Below the pieces are notes generated by a model. The model ran no database searches. It had not been told where the DNA came from and saw only the letters and a list, made by a program, of their open reading frames with translations. Source: an uncultured virus (IMG/VR IMGVR_UViG_3300044632_001415) (lineage: Duplodnaviria > Heunggongvirae > Uroviricota > Caudoviricetes). From it: DNA of 63,556 nt. A program made the position numbers and the translations under genes. The stretch is taken from IMG/VR virus record IMGVR_UViG_3300044632_001415. One strand, written 5' to 3'. Positions 11,801-20,881 of the stretch are shown piece by piece (the stretch's first letter is position 1; each line of letters opens with the position of its first letter).

Positions 11801-14800
11801 AGATCCACCGCCGGAAGATCCACCGCCGGAAGATCCACCGCCGGAAGATCCACCGCCAGGTCTAGATCCACCGCCGGAAGATCCGCCACCAGAAGAGGGT
11901 GGTGTTCTTCCGGGAAGAGTTGGGGTAGGAGCAGGAACTACCGGCGCAGGTGGTGTTGGTGTGACTGGATTGCCAGGAGTTGATGTTGGTGGATTTATGT
12001 ATGTTCCAGTTGGATTTCCCCAAACATCTATAACTGGCAGTGTTATTGTATCAAAATTATCTTTTGTAACAAGTGTTAAAAACCATGGTGACTCTTTGTA
12101 ATCGTTTATGTCGCTTGCCCATTTATACATCAGCTGCACATTAACGGTCCCAGATCCAAATAAGGACGTATACAGTACAGCGTCTGAATATGTATTGCTA
12201 TATGGGGATGGTGCAAAATCCTCAACGGCTCCCTGTTTCCAATTTATTGGCCCATATTTCTCATAGAACTTTAATGCGTTTGCGTTTGCCCAGGGTGCCT
12301 GTAAATTATATTCTCTTCTTTCTTTTTGCCAATATGCAGTTGCTCCGTCTACAACAAATTGTCTTGGAATTACAGTTACTGTTGACCCATCTTTATACAT
12401 ATTTAAAAAATTAGATACTGATCCAGATTGCGTCTTAAGAGTTGTTGACATAATTTTTGCAGCAAGTACTGTACTACCATTTCTTTGTTTTGCGTCAAAA
12501 ATAATAGAAATAGCGTTACTTCTGCCATATGCGCCCGCCATCTGTGCTAGGGCATCGAAGTATTGAAATGGTGTTTCAGTTTCAAAATTTCTTCTTCTAT
12601 AAGCTTTTCTATCATTAATATAATAACTACCAACAGGATTTATAACCAGTTGTCTTATTATTAAATAGCCAGAATTATCAATATATGCGCTGTGCATTCT
12701 ATAGCTTGAATAGGCTCTATTTTGCAAATATAAGCCACTTGCCGCTGCACCTTTTTTAAATAGTTCCCAAAGTCTTCTTCTTTCTTCCTCAGCTGCTCCC
12801 GCTGGACCAGGATCATGCTGCCCTGGAACTGAAGTACTTTGTATTGATATTGCACCTGTTTGATTTTCAAAAAGACTAAAAGTAGATACAGATTCAATTT
12901 CCGCGATTGATCTACTCTCTATTGGAATAGAAGTTCCACTAGGAATAGTCGCCATCATAAATGGTGAAGTGACAGTTTTATATTCCCACATGTCTAAGAC
13001 TTTATGAATATCTATATCTCCAGTGTATGGAAATATATTAGAATTTGCCGTGACCTGAGTACTCCTTAATTGATTTAGATCATCTATGGAAGATTTAAAA
13101 TCATTACATAACCCAGTTACACCTGGTATTTCTCTTGAGGGAACTGGATCAATTGCTGGTATTCCAGGTCTAATAAGTATTTCAACATCCATTTTCCCCT
13201 CTAGATAAACATCCAATTCTGTTGTATATGTTGCATCTAGTACTTGTGGCTTATCTCTTCCTTGGAAATAATTATATGAAGATGTTAAATTAAAAGGATA
13301 GTTTTTAAAGGAATTTAAAATATTTAGTTCATTATTAAATCTTCTAGTTGATGAGCTACTTATCGGTTTATCTCTTATAACATAGGGGCCCATTTTAGTA
13401 GGGGCTATTAATTTTGGAGATATTTTTGCCGGATCTGAGTAGGCGAAAGTCTTTGCTGAATTATTTATAATCTTATAAAGAGTGTAAGATGATGGAATAT
13501 TTTCTTCAATTAGAAAATCATTTTCATCTACTTTTTCAGCGTTTGTTAATATAATATCTGGATTTGTTACTTCTATATAAATTTCAACTTCAGAAGGCAG
13601 TAAACTAGATAGTATAGATCTTTGTAATTCTGGAAGATTTCTTGACAAATAATACTTATAATATTCAAAAGCCGATGCCTGAGATCCAAGAATATCTCTT
13701 GTGTAAAGCTCACTTGATGACGAAATTGATACTTTAGTAAAGTAATTTCTTTTTTCATCTTCTAATATTGCATCACTGTGCATCGCCCATGAGGAGTCCC
13801 ATGGGGCAACAAAATTAAATAATGTACTTCTTATATCCTGTACGCCAGTAGCTCTTTGACAATAAAGGGCGTAGCTTACGCAGTTGTATAGGAATTTAAA
13901 AGGACCCTCAACTATTCCTGAGTAAGTAGATGAAATTCCAATATCATTTGATATTTCACCAAAATTAGAAATAGATTGTTCTGGACTGCCTGCATTATAT
14001 ATTGAATTACAGTATTGTGCTAACGGAAAAGTCGTCGCTATTATATTTCCTTTAGATAAGGAATCTCCAGAATTTGGATATTGAATAACAATACCTATTG
14101 GTTTTGCCGCAGCACTTGTCGGTCCTGCTTTGCAAAAAACTTCTGCTGATCCATTTGAGCTAAAGAATGGGTATGTCTTATACGTATTTCTTGATGGTAT
14201 GTAATTTGCACCAAAAATTCCGTAATAAGATTTTTCAAAGATTGAATTATTAGAATCGTCTAATATTGTCCATCCACCATTTTTTCTATAATCTATAACA
14301 ACACTATCATTGAGTGTATCTATATAACTAGAAGTAAGACCAGCTCTATCTATAACTAATCTTTCGTCTATATTTGATGCATTTGCTGTTGATGCACTTA
14401 GGTCTAAAATAATTGTCCCATTGTTTCTAACAAACGCATCTATTTTAGCTTTTTGATTTACTGTTATAGTCGACTTAGGTGACCATATTAAGACATCAAA
14501 ATCATTTAATGTACCTATCGCATCTATGTTTACTTTCCAGTAATTTGCATTTCTACTATCAGCTGGCCCATTGTAAATTGGGTTATAAAAATTATATTTA
14601 GAAAGATTGAATGGAGAATAATTTAACCTTAAGAAAACATATGGATTTATATTTTCATTAACCTCATTATCTGCGTGTAGTACACCTACTTTTATAGATT
14701 GCGTTAAACTATTTTGATCAGCTTCTGGTGAGTAGCCATAGTTAACCTCATCTCTGCTAACACTTACTCTAGACCTGCCTATTAATCTCCAGTTAAAAAC

Positions 14801-15688
14801 TTCAAAGACTCTATAGTCACTAATAGCTTTTGTGGGAACAACTACTTGATATCCTGTATCTGATATATTTGTTGAAAATAAATCTGAATATTTTTCATTT
14901 ATTTTTTTAATAGAATAATTATTTTCCTGATAATAATTATCATCTATAACAAAAGATTCTTCTGGAACTTCCGAAAAATATGAGACCGCGTTAATTGTTT
15001 CTGAATATTGAATCTGCTGATTAAATATTTCCCCATCGGAATTAGTTTCTATTTTATCGTAAATAAGACTTAAATTATTTGGCTTATCATGATCTAGTAA
15101 AACTATAACTCTATGTGGTTTTTCTGGATTATTTGTATTAAAGTCTGTCACAAATGGTTCTAATAAAATTCTATACTTCTTTGCATTTGTGTTTGGATCT
15201 ATGTACTCTTTTCCATTTTCATATATAACTTTAATATTAATTCCATTAAGCCTGCTTGCATCAAGATATTGCCTTCTTGATAAAAGTGAAAATGCAGCTG
15301 GTGCGCTAATAAAATGTTTACTTACATAATAATAGTGAACAAAATCTTTTGAATTTAAAGTTGATTCATCTATCTGTTCAGTATTTGTTGGTTTACCAAT
15401 AAATATATTTCCAATAGTTAAATTATTTGTTGGAAAACTATATTTATTATCAGATGTTTTTAAAAATCCTAACTCATCCGCATAGACTAAAATAGGCTCA
15501 CTAATGTCAATTTTTTGAACATTATTTTCATCAATTAAATTAGAAACATCTACCACAGAAATACTATTTCCTGGATTTATATCTTCTGAATTAAACCATC
15601 CCAAGACTGCCCCATCTGAAGGTACAGACGACCCTATTTTAACTGCCTTTTCATTTAGATTTTCTGTTTGGTTAGTAAATTTTTCCAC
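8864..15688 (-). CDS. Very large baseplate/tail-appendage protein with Pro- and Gly/Ser-rich linker and a peptidoglycan-binding domain
   Basis: 2274 aa; VEYIQTVL...GYY.G.IDGIYGPVT..AV..FQ...DG.VD..T PG_binding_1 motif; GTG start. Confidence 0.65.
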   Translation of the reverse strand: MEKFTNQTENLNEKAVKIGSSVPSDGAVLGWFNSEDINPGNSISVVDVSNLIDENNVQKIDISEPILVYADELGFLKTSDNKYSFPTNNLTIGNIFIGKPTNTEQIDESTLNSKDFVHYYYVSKHFISAPAAFSLLSRRQYLDASRLNGINIKVIYENGKEYIDPNTNAKKYRILLEPFVTDFNTNNPEKPHRVIVLLDHDKPNNLSLIYDKIETNSDGEIFNQQIQYSETINAVSYFSEVPEESFVIDDNYYQENNYSIKKINEKYSDLFSTNISDTGYQVVVPTKAISDYRVFEVFNWRLIGRSRVSVSRDEVNYGYSPEADQNSLTQSIKVGVLHADNEVNENINPYVFLRLNYSPFNLSKYNFYNPIYNGPADSRNANYWKVNIDAIGTLNDFDVLIWSPKSTITVNQKAKIDAFVRNNGTIILDLSASTANASNIDERLVIDRAGLTSSYIDTLNDSVVIDYRKNGGWTILDDSNNSIFEKSYYGIFGANYIPSRNTYKTYPFFSSNGSAEVFCKAGPTSAAAKPIGIVIQYPNSGDSLSKGNIIATTFPLAQYCNSIYNAGSPEQSISNFGEISNDIGISSTYSGIVEGPFKFLYNCVSYALYCQRATGVQDIRSTLFNFVAPWDSSWAMHSDAILEDEKRNYFTKVSISSSSELYTRDILGSQASAFEYYKYYLSRNLPELQRSILSSLLPSEVEIYIEVTNPDIILTNAEKVDENDFLIEENIPSSYTLYKIINNSAKTFAYSDPAKISPKLIAPTKMGPYVIRDKPISSSSTRRFNNELNILNSFKNYPFNLTSSYNYFQGRDKPQVLDATYTTELDVYLEGKMDVEILIRPGIPAIDPVPSREIPGVTGLCNDFKSSIDDLNQLRSTQVTANSNIFPYTGDIDIHKVLDMWEYKTVTSPFMMATIPSGTSIPIESRSIAEIESVSTFSLFENQTGAISIQSTSVPGQHDPGPAGAAEEERRRLWELFKKGAAASGLYLQNRAYSSYRMHSAYIDNSGYLIIRQLVINPVGSYYINDRKAYRRRNFETETPFQYFDALAQMAGAYGRSNAISIIFDAKQRNGSTVLAAKIMSTTLKTQSGSVSNFLNMYKDGSTVTVIPRQFVVDGATAYWQKERREYNLQAPWANANALKFYEKYGPINWKQGAVEDFAPSPYSNTYSDAVLYTSLFGSGTVNVQLMYKWASDINDYKESPWFLTLVTKDNFDTITLPVIDVWGNPTGTYINPPTSTPGNPVTPTPPAPVVPAPTPTLPGRTPPSSGGGSSGGGSRPGGGSSGGGSSGGGSSGGGSRPGGGSSGGGSSGGGSSGGGSRPGGGSSGGATRPGGGSSSGGSSGTGSRPSSASTSSPILQRSSYVEYIQTVLKTHGYYSGTIDGIYGPVTKSAVLKFQDKYGQRWEDGKVDSETKWYLAFYVRVIQLFEPQKYNTMYTEAGAEVKKYIDAVNQMALCSEINKPGKVYKKITFSGFAGPSEGADIIWFKLPDDLAKVQTITIVADQGPNGWKNYHIDSYGYSSNYTTDIFQTTLFMGLNLSASSGQIDINLANVEASKARYFWVRIVGGAIPGFGFAEGFSISQIKAKGSIMSASIPGTPAVPPVTQRYTTDTLPVYARLAIPETARGISAANPHSETYSTPRVLEKRNAAYIKHIYWNDPTALSGSVSKTFQGDEQKLGDSLERTFGNLKITFSQSLRRIESLYSSTLNSITSGNTSYPVSGNPPVTLTTNAELKKIDIDTSSTYYSVDDVVYVDQNVDNYRMKKINGTILPDTRNFVNVNDGILLLCNNDGQPYGVPTAAQILTQIAGTQVLTDEEVDFRYGFFYLKNNTTDENGFIYGFYDVLQREFIGKKIHYIDYLNRGLSNIFIAVCAFDADGNTQNKNEYIGPTVSTTFKPVVLPLKMICPVYSVKYNNLSSIKIGEIDPKISKFDSWELPVTTGSFWKTISISSSTMWSDWKNKYKGQNLLAYYSTLDKISMDWSDIYGYGYYDIVDETPILLTSKKIQVKRVPILSWNFPTNNSDSKFHIIKNIIEIYIRNSINEEWEKISHTQIKDIDCQNGTIEFLNPIVPSDLNLIKVSYTTSNKDILIRQVDGTPVPLNPFLNYDSIKFDRPLFVYITPKRIYKRSDPLNDSSNLVKVSDYSYDSFVNFTYNKEIFNYLSTEYDPFALPIGMVYVYNNPYRKTTQVADLRLRGGGLINDINIVELQDTINDVQSLWDIYPPQGTTYPKGGYVIVKIPQEVKDNFVQIEEIDRIVQNNLTAGVVYEIQDMNGNAWV
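11687..11891. repeat. GC-rich coding tandem repeat: 15-bp GGGSS units in a 63-bp higher-order period
   Basis: gaagatccaccgccg units; caggtctaga recurs at 11731, 11794 and 11857. Confidence 0.95.
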
Positions 15689-18600
15689 TTACATATCCTC
15701 ATTGTCTGGATGAATTTCGGTATAATTATCTATGTAATCTGGCGTAGATCCTAGTAGGCCCATCTGATACTGATCAAATCTTCTCAATAAAACCCACTTG
15801 GGTGGTTTCCAGCTCGGAGTAGAATGATATGTATTAATCACTGATGATGTTACATAGTCATAGGCAAAGTATGGTGTGGCAACTATATCTGATCCCATTT
15901 GCTTACTAAAGATAACATTATTATTTATAGGAGCCTCTTCGTTTGCATAATCTATAAAGTTATATGATTCGTGCCAATATACAATGTCACCAGATATAGT
16001 AACATCTAGGAGAGACAATTCTCCGAATAGATTTTCTAATTCTGTGCGTAAATCTTGCTCATTAGCGATTTCTATTTTGACAAACCAATTGTTTGGATCG
16101 TTTCTATTTCCAGCAAGAATTTCTCTTGAAATTACAAATCTACCACTAGAATCTGTGCTTATAGAGTAAGTTTGTATTCCATCATCGAAAAGGTCATATA
16201 AGGTTTCCGCTTTAGCCCATGCTAACTCTACGCTCAACTCAAGTGGCTGATCTTGCCAGTAAATTCTTCCAACAATCTCCACATAGCTTGTGCCGTCTGC
16301 TTCATATTTTAATGATGTAGAAGATGCTTTAATGTTTAAATTAAATTTTGGATTAGTTTTTAGCTTGAAAGATTCAACGTATGAATAACTTCCAGTTTCA
16401 CTGTTTTGTCCACCATTTGGCGTAGCTGAACCAACTCCATCAATTCTGATTAATTGATTCTCTTCAAATTCTTGAATTAATGGATTAAATCTTACAACTG
16501 ATAATCCATAACCATTGTCATTTGTTGTGACATATTCTGGAACAGCTTGTATAGCATCGCCATGTATATAGAATGTCTGACCTGGTTTTAGGTTATTATT
16601 TTCATCATACGAAATTATAGACAAATACATTAAGTCATCAGAATTTGAGGTTAACGTTTTTGGAGATAAATTTGTTGTAACACGTGAGAATGGATAATCA
16701 TTTTTAGAAATATATACATAACCATTTTGTAGTGGATTATTAACCTGATCAATATCTAGGTCAATTTCTAGGAAATTATCAATAATATCCTTTTCGTAAA
16801 TAATGCTGTATATTTCAGATGAAGATGGTGTTGACGAAAAGTATATAATAGATCTGTTTATATCTTCATTTTCATCATAATAATCTTTTTCTACATAGAA
16901 TGCGTCATTTACGGTATAGGATATTTCATAATCTCTATTTGCAACTGATGGAGTAGCAGAACTAAAAGGATTTAAAATATTTGTATTAGATGATAAATTC
17001 TCAAATAAAATATTTCCAGTATAAATATCCTTAACACTTGCTTTTGAAATATTTTCATATGCAGTATAGAACATGCCCAATTTGCTCGGTTGTAAAATTT
17101 CTACATTTGAAAAGGTTGTTTTACCAGGTGTTGCTGCGTCTTCAAAGACTACATTTCTATAATTTTTATCTCCAACTTTAACTATTGTAGGAGCAGCCAT
17201 TCTAGGCGTAGCTGATAGATCTATGCTAAAGAAAGAACCAGTTGCCGAATCTTCTGATGGATTAGAATAAATGTAATAATCTTTTTCATTTAGGTATACC
17301 CATCCAGAGTTTAAGCCAACTGAATAATAATTTTCTATTTCATCTTTTCTTTTAGCGAAAAGTGGGACATTTAATAGTTCATTTTCGGCAATATATGAAG
17401 TCAGCGAATTTGTAATACTATAAGTATTTTCAAAGAATGGAACGACAATATCTGGTGTAGCATGCAGCTCTACACTTCTGAAAATATGAGTATAATCTGG
17501 GTCTAAATCAAATGTTTCGCCAGATAAAATAATGTCATTCAAATAATGATCATTGCTAATAAAATAGTTTATTTTTTCAGATTCATTTAAGTATGTATTA
17601 TTGTTATTGTCGATTAGTCCAGAAAATAATTCTGGCGCATTGTAATTAAATGGATAATATACATATCTAGAAAATGGATACTGTGTTGTATTGTACGGTG
17701 TTTCTATCTCCATGTACTTCAAATTAGTATCATAATTAATCGTTGCCTCTTCAAAATACTCATAACTGCCTGAAGCTGAGTTATTTGAATCATAATACCT
17801 ATATACAATATTCGGAGAAGAGGGTATTACATAATCAATTTTTGTGTTTGCATCTCTAGACTGTCCACCAATTTCTATTGAAAGCGTGTCTATATCTGGT
17901 GTTGCAAAATTAAATATTGGCAGCGTATCAATCGTATTAACATTTAAGTATATAGTTTGAGGAGTTGCGCCAACTGGATAGAGTATGGGTGCAATTAGCT
18001 CATCAGTATTTATTGTCGCTGATTGTAAACCATTTGACGTAATGTCATTTACATTGTTTACATAAACTGAAGAATAGTATGTGTCAGTATTAAATGTACT
18101 TGAACTAGATTCATATATTGTTGATCCAATTAATAAGTTGGCATTTAGGTTATTTATATTTGGACTTGCAATTGATATATATTCATTATTAGCTGGTTCT
18201 ACATTATAGGCTGGAGTAGCTAAACTAAAAGATGCTCTATATGGAGCAACCGATACAACTTGATAACTTGGACTTGAGTATTCAGTATTAAATACCACTC
18301 TTATTTCTTCTGCGTCGAATACATTAATTGAATTTGTTGACGGTGTTGCCTGGGTATTTAAATATCTTTGATTGTATACTTTATCTTTAAATTGAATTGC
18401 ACTAAGTGAATTTCCATCCTGATCAAATATAGTAATATAATTATATTCTGGGCTAGCTGAACTATTTTCATTAAACCTATTTCCTACATAAAAGTCATCT
18501 CTATTTAGGTAATTTAGATTAGTATAAAATGTAGAAGGAGTGGCATAGTTATCGTGGGGCGGCATAACAATTTCGTATGCTACTGCTACTCCTATGGTCT

Positions 18601-20869
18601 CGCCCTCAACTACGTAGGTTTCTGTACTCACAAACGAGCGTATGGGACGAACTTTCGGTGAGCCACTCTTTGATGAATCCGACTGCTGTAGACCATCGTC
18701 AGGATGACCATCAGGGAAAAATATTGTTGTCCATGCGTTGGATGCATCTGCTTCAGAAGAACTCCAGTAAGTATAATTACTAAAACCTCCAATAATATTT
18801 TTGCTCGTCCACAACGCCTGCAATTCATCTTTAGATGGTAAGAACCAATCTGATTTTCCACCAAAATCTAACTCACTACAATACACGGCAGCAGATGTTG
18901 CTTCCACATTTCCTGCTTGATTAACAATATCAATAGTATTTTGCGCTCCAGTACCAATTGCTGTACCATCAGCGCCAGAGACCACTGCTGACTGGTTGCC
19001 CCCAGTAGCCCAAGTTCTAGTAACTTCAACGGCGACAGGCGCTGCCTCAAAATACTTACCTGTAGAGTTCCCGGCCGTAGATGGGGTGATAAATATTTTT
19101 CCTCCACCAGGACCAGTGTCGCCAATTGCGTAGGCTACCGTATCAACTTTTTGCCTTCCAGCAAAGTAGTCTGGTGTAGATTTAATATAAGACGAGTACC
19201 ATGAATAGTCAATTTTAATTGGCTCATAAGAGTATTGTAGATTATTATCAGAATATCTATGACCTTTCACTCTAATGCCACCAGTAAAGTTTATATCTTC
19301 TCCAGATCCGGCTTGAGTTATAAGCTTTGCATCATTGAAGTCTCCAACGCCTGACTGGTAGTATTCAAGTAGAGGAGAAGCTGATGTATCATAAATGGCA
19401 GGAATTCTTCCTACGCCTTCACCATTTTTTCCTGCGTAGTCCCATATACCTTCTCCCCATCTAACGTATCCTAGGTTAGATGGATATTGGTTATTTAGTT
19501 TTTCTACTAAATCAAAAAATGCTTGCTGAGGATGTCCGGCGTCGTTGAAGTATGGAGTTGAATTTTCAATATCAGATATTTCAAGTAATTCTGGAGTAGC
19601 TCCTAAATAATTAGAATTTGGCGTTGCGCCGTAGACTCTCCATATATCAAGTTCTCTTCTAAGAGTTCGTTTAAAACCTTCAGAATTTAACTGCGGCACA
19701 TTTTGATTAACATCTAGAATTCTCTTCTTGTAGTTTTCATTTGATTCTAAATATAATCTTGGTAAGCTTACTCTTGCGCCAAACTCATCAAAATCATTAA
19801 ATATATTCTCTGCATCTTGTTCGTAGACTGAGCCGTTAATTAAGAGAGTATCGAAACTTCTAATAGTTGTAAATTTTCTATTAGCTGCGTCATAAAAGTA
19901 AACATAGTCTTCATTTCTTGAGCGCAAGAAATCTAACATTGATCCGATTGGTGATAGTTCAACACCATCACCGATAACTGTAACCATATTTGGTGGCACG
20001 TTATACGATGCGTGCACCCATGCCAACATGTTAATATCTGCTGAATTAATGTACGAATTAATATCATTAAGGTTTATTTGACCCAGAATATCATCAAGAG
20101 ACTCTTGAACTAGACCTGTCATAAACTTGCCACCAGTAGACTCTGGTATATGTAATCTAGGGTTTGTTAAATTTTCAAAAAAATCAATACTGTCTAAGCC
20201 AGAATTTGGTGTAGTAGATGCTACAGAATCTTTAAATATATCAGTCCAGGATGGGAATCTTCTAAGTATATTTCTAACAGATGTTCCAGCTATTGGTGAG
20301 ACAGGGTTATGTATTAATACTTCTAGGTAGAATATTAGGCCAAGAGTATTTAAATTTATTTCTTCTGTTTCTATTTCTAGAACAACTTTTATGTAAGGCT
20401 TAACGTTTCTAAGAAATAAAGTATTTGTATCTGTAGTTATAAGTGATTTTAGCCATGGACCATCTGGATCGCCATCATCAGACTCATATATTTCAATAGA
20501 AAAAGTTGGCTCTATTGTTCCTGGAAGATTGGTGAATAAATGTCGATAGCTAATGACATCTGCCCTAGAAGACATGTCAACAAATCTAAGAATACTAGGA
20601 GTAGCAGTCTCTGGTATTATTTCGCCATAATCAGTTTTATATCTGGCATCTTCGTGGTATGGTGTACTATGATTTCCGTCAAAAGATGGTGATGTTAATT
20701 CTGTACCAGTAAATACTGTATCGCCAATAAGATCTAGTCCATATGCAGATCTTGAATAAGAATAGTTTGTATAGCTATTATTGCTATATATATTAATTGG
20801 ATTACTAGTCCATATATTTCCAGACTTAGAAAAGTCTGAACTCCTTAATAGCAATAAATATTGTTTCAT
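15689..20869 (-). CDS. Large baseplate wedge/receptor-binding protein with internal CLec (DUF1566-like) domain; ATP-motif rich
   Basis: FDEFG..V.LPRL..ESNENYKKRI...G....L.REL (gpI/gp7-like wedge segment); insert with DWFLPSKDEL, YWSSSE, VRPIRSF. Confidence 0.65.
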   Translation of the reverse strand: MKQYLLLLRSSDFSKSGNIWTSNPINIYSNNSYTNYSYSRSAYGLDLIGDTVFTGTELTSPSFDGNHSTPYHEDARYKTDYGEIIPETATPSILRFVDMSSRADVISYRHLFTNLPGTIEPTFSIEIYESDDGDPDGPWLKSLITTDTNTLFLRNVKPYIKVVLEIETEEINLNTLGLIFYLEVLIHNPVSPIAGTSVRNILRRFPSWTDIFKDSVASTTPNSGLDSIDFFENLTNPRLHIPESTGGKFMTGLVQESLDDILGQINLNDINSYINSADINMLAWVHASYNVPPNMVTVIGDGVELSPIGSMLDFLRSRNEDYVYFYDAANRKFTTIRSFDTLLINGSVYEQDAENIFNDFDEFGARVSLPRLYLESNENYKKRILDVNQNVPQLNSEGFKRTLRRELDIWRVYGATPNSNYLGATPELLEISDIENSTPYFNDAGHPQQAFFDLVEKLNNQYPSNLGYVRWGEGIWDYAGKNGEGVGRIPAIYDTSASPLLEYYQSGVGDFNDAKLITQAGSGEDINFTGGIRVKGHRYSDNNLQYSYEPIKIDYSWYSSYIKSTPDYFAGRQKVDTVAYAIGDTGPGGGKIFITPSTAGNSTGKYFEAAPVAVEVTRTWATGGNQSAVVSGADGTAIGTGAQNTIDIVNQAGNVEATSAAVYCSELDFGGKSDWFLPSKDELQALWTSKNIIGGFSNYTYWSSSEADASNAWTTIFFPDGHPDDGLQQSDSSKSGSPKVRPIRSFVSTETYVVEGETIGVAVAYEIVMPPHDNYATPSTFYTNLNYLNRDDFYVGNRFNENSSASPEYNYITIFDQDGNSLSAIQFKDKVYNQRYLNTQATPSTNSINVFDAEEIRVVFNTEYSSPSYQVVSVAPYRASFSLATPAYNVEPANNEYISIASPNINNLNANLLIGSTIYESSSSTFNTDTYYSSVYVNNVNDITSNGLQSATINTDELIAPILYPVGATPQTIYLNVNTIDTLPIFNFATPDIDTLSIEIGGQSRDANTKIDYVIPSSPNIVYRYYDSNNSASGSYEYFEEATINYDTNLKYMEIETPYNTTQYPFSRYVYYPFNYNAPELFSGLIDNNNNTYLNESEKINYFISNDHYLNDIILSGETFDLDPDYTHIFRSVELHATPDIVVPFFENTYSITNSLTSYIAENELLNVPLFAKRKDEIENYYSVGLNSGWVYLNEKDYYIYSNPSEDSATGSFFSIDLSATPRMAAPTIVKVGDKNYRNVVFEDAATPGKTTFSNVEILQPSKLGMFYTAYENISKASVKDIYTGNILFENLSSNTNILNPFSSATPSVANRDYEISYTVNDAFYVEKDYYDENEDINRSIIYFSSTPSSSEIYSIIYEKDIIDNFLEIDLDIDQVNNPLQNGYVYISKNDYPFSRVTTNLSPKTLTSNSDDLMYLSIISYDENNNLKPGQTFYIHGDAIQAVPEYVTTNDNGYGLSVVRFNPLIQEFEENQLIRIDGVGSATPNGGQNSETGSYSYVESFKLKTNPKFNLNIKASSTSLKYEADGTSYVEIVGRIYWQDQPLELSVELAWAKAETLYDLFDDGIQTYSISTDSSGRFVISREILAGNRNDPNNWFVKIEIANEQDLRTELENLFGELSLLDVTISGDIVYWHESYNFIDYANEEAPINNNVIFSKQMGSDIVATPYFAYDYVTSSVINTYHSTPSWKPPKWVLLRRFDQYQMGLLGSTPDYIDNYTEIHPDNEDM

Positions 20870-20881
20870 TAAATACCCTTA

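Noticed and set aside
11581..11889. Alternate-frame ORF with (PAVDL)n repeats
   Set aside because: By-product of the GGGSS repeat read in another frame
11687..11891. Possible CRISPR array
   Set aside because: Repeats are contiguous with no unique spacers and encode an in-frame Gly/Ser linker
18632..18775. Complete active diversity-generating retroelement in this window
   Set aside because: No reverse transcriptase, Avd-like gene or template repeat seen; only a target-type domain
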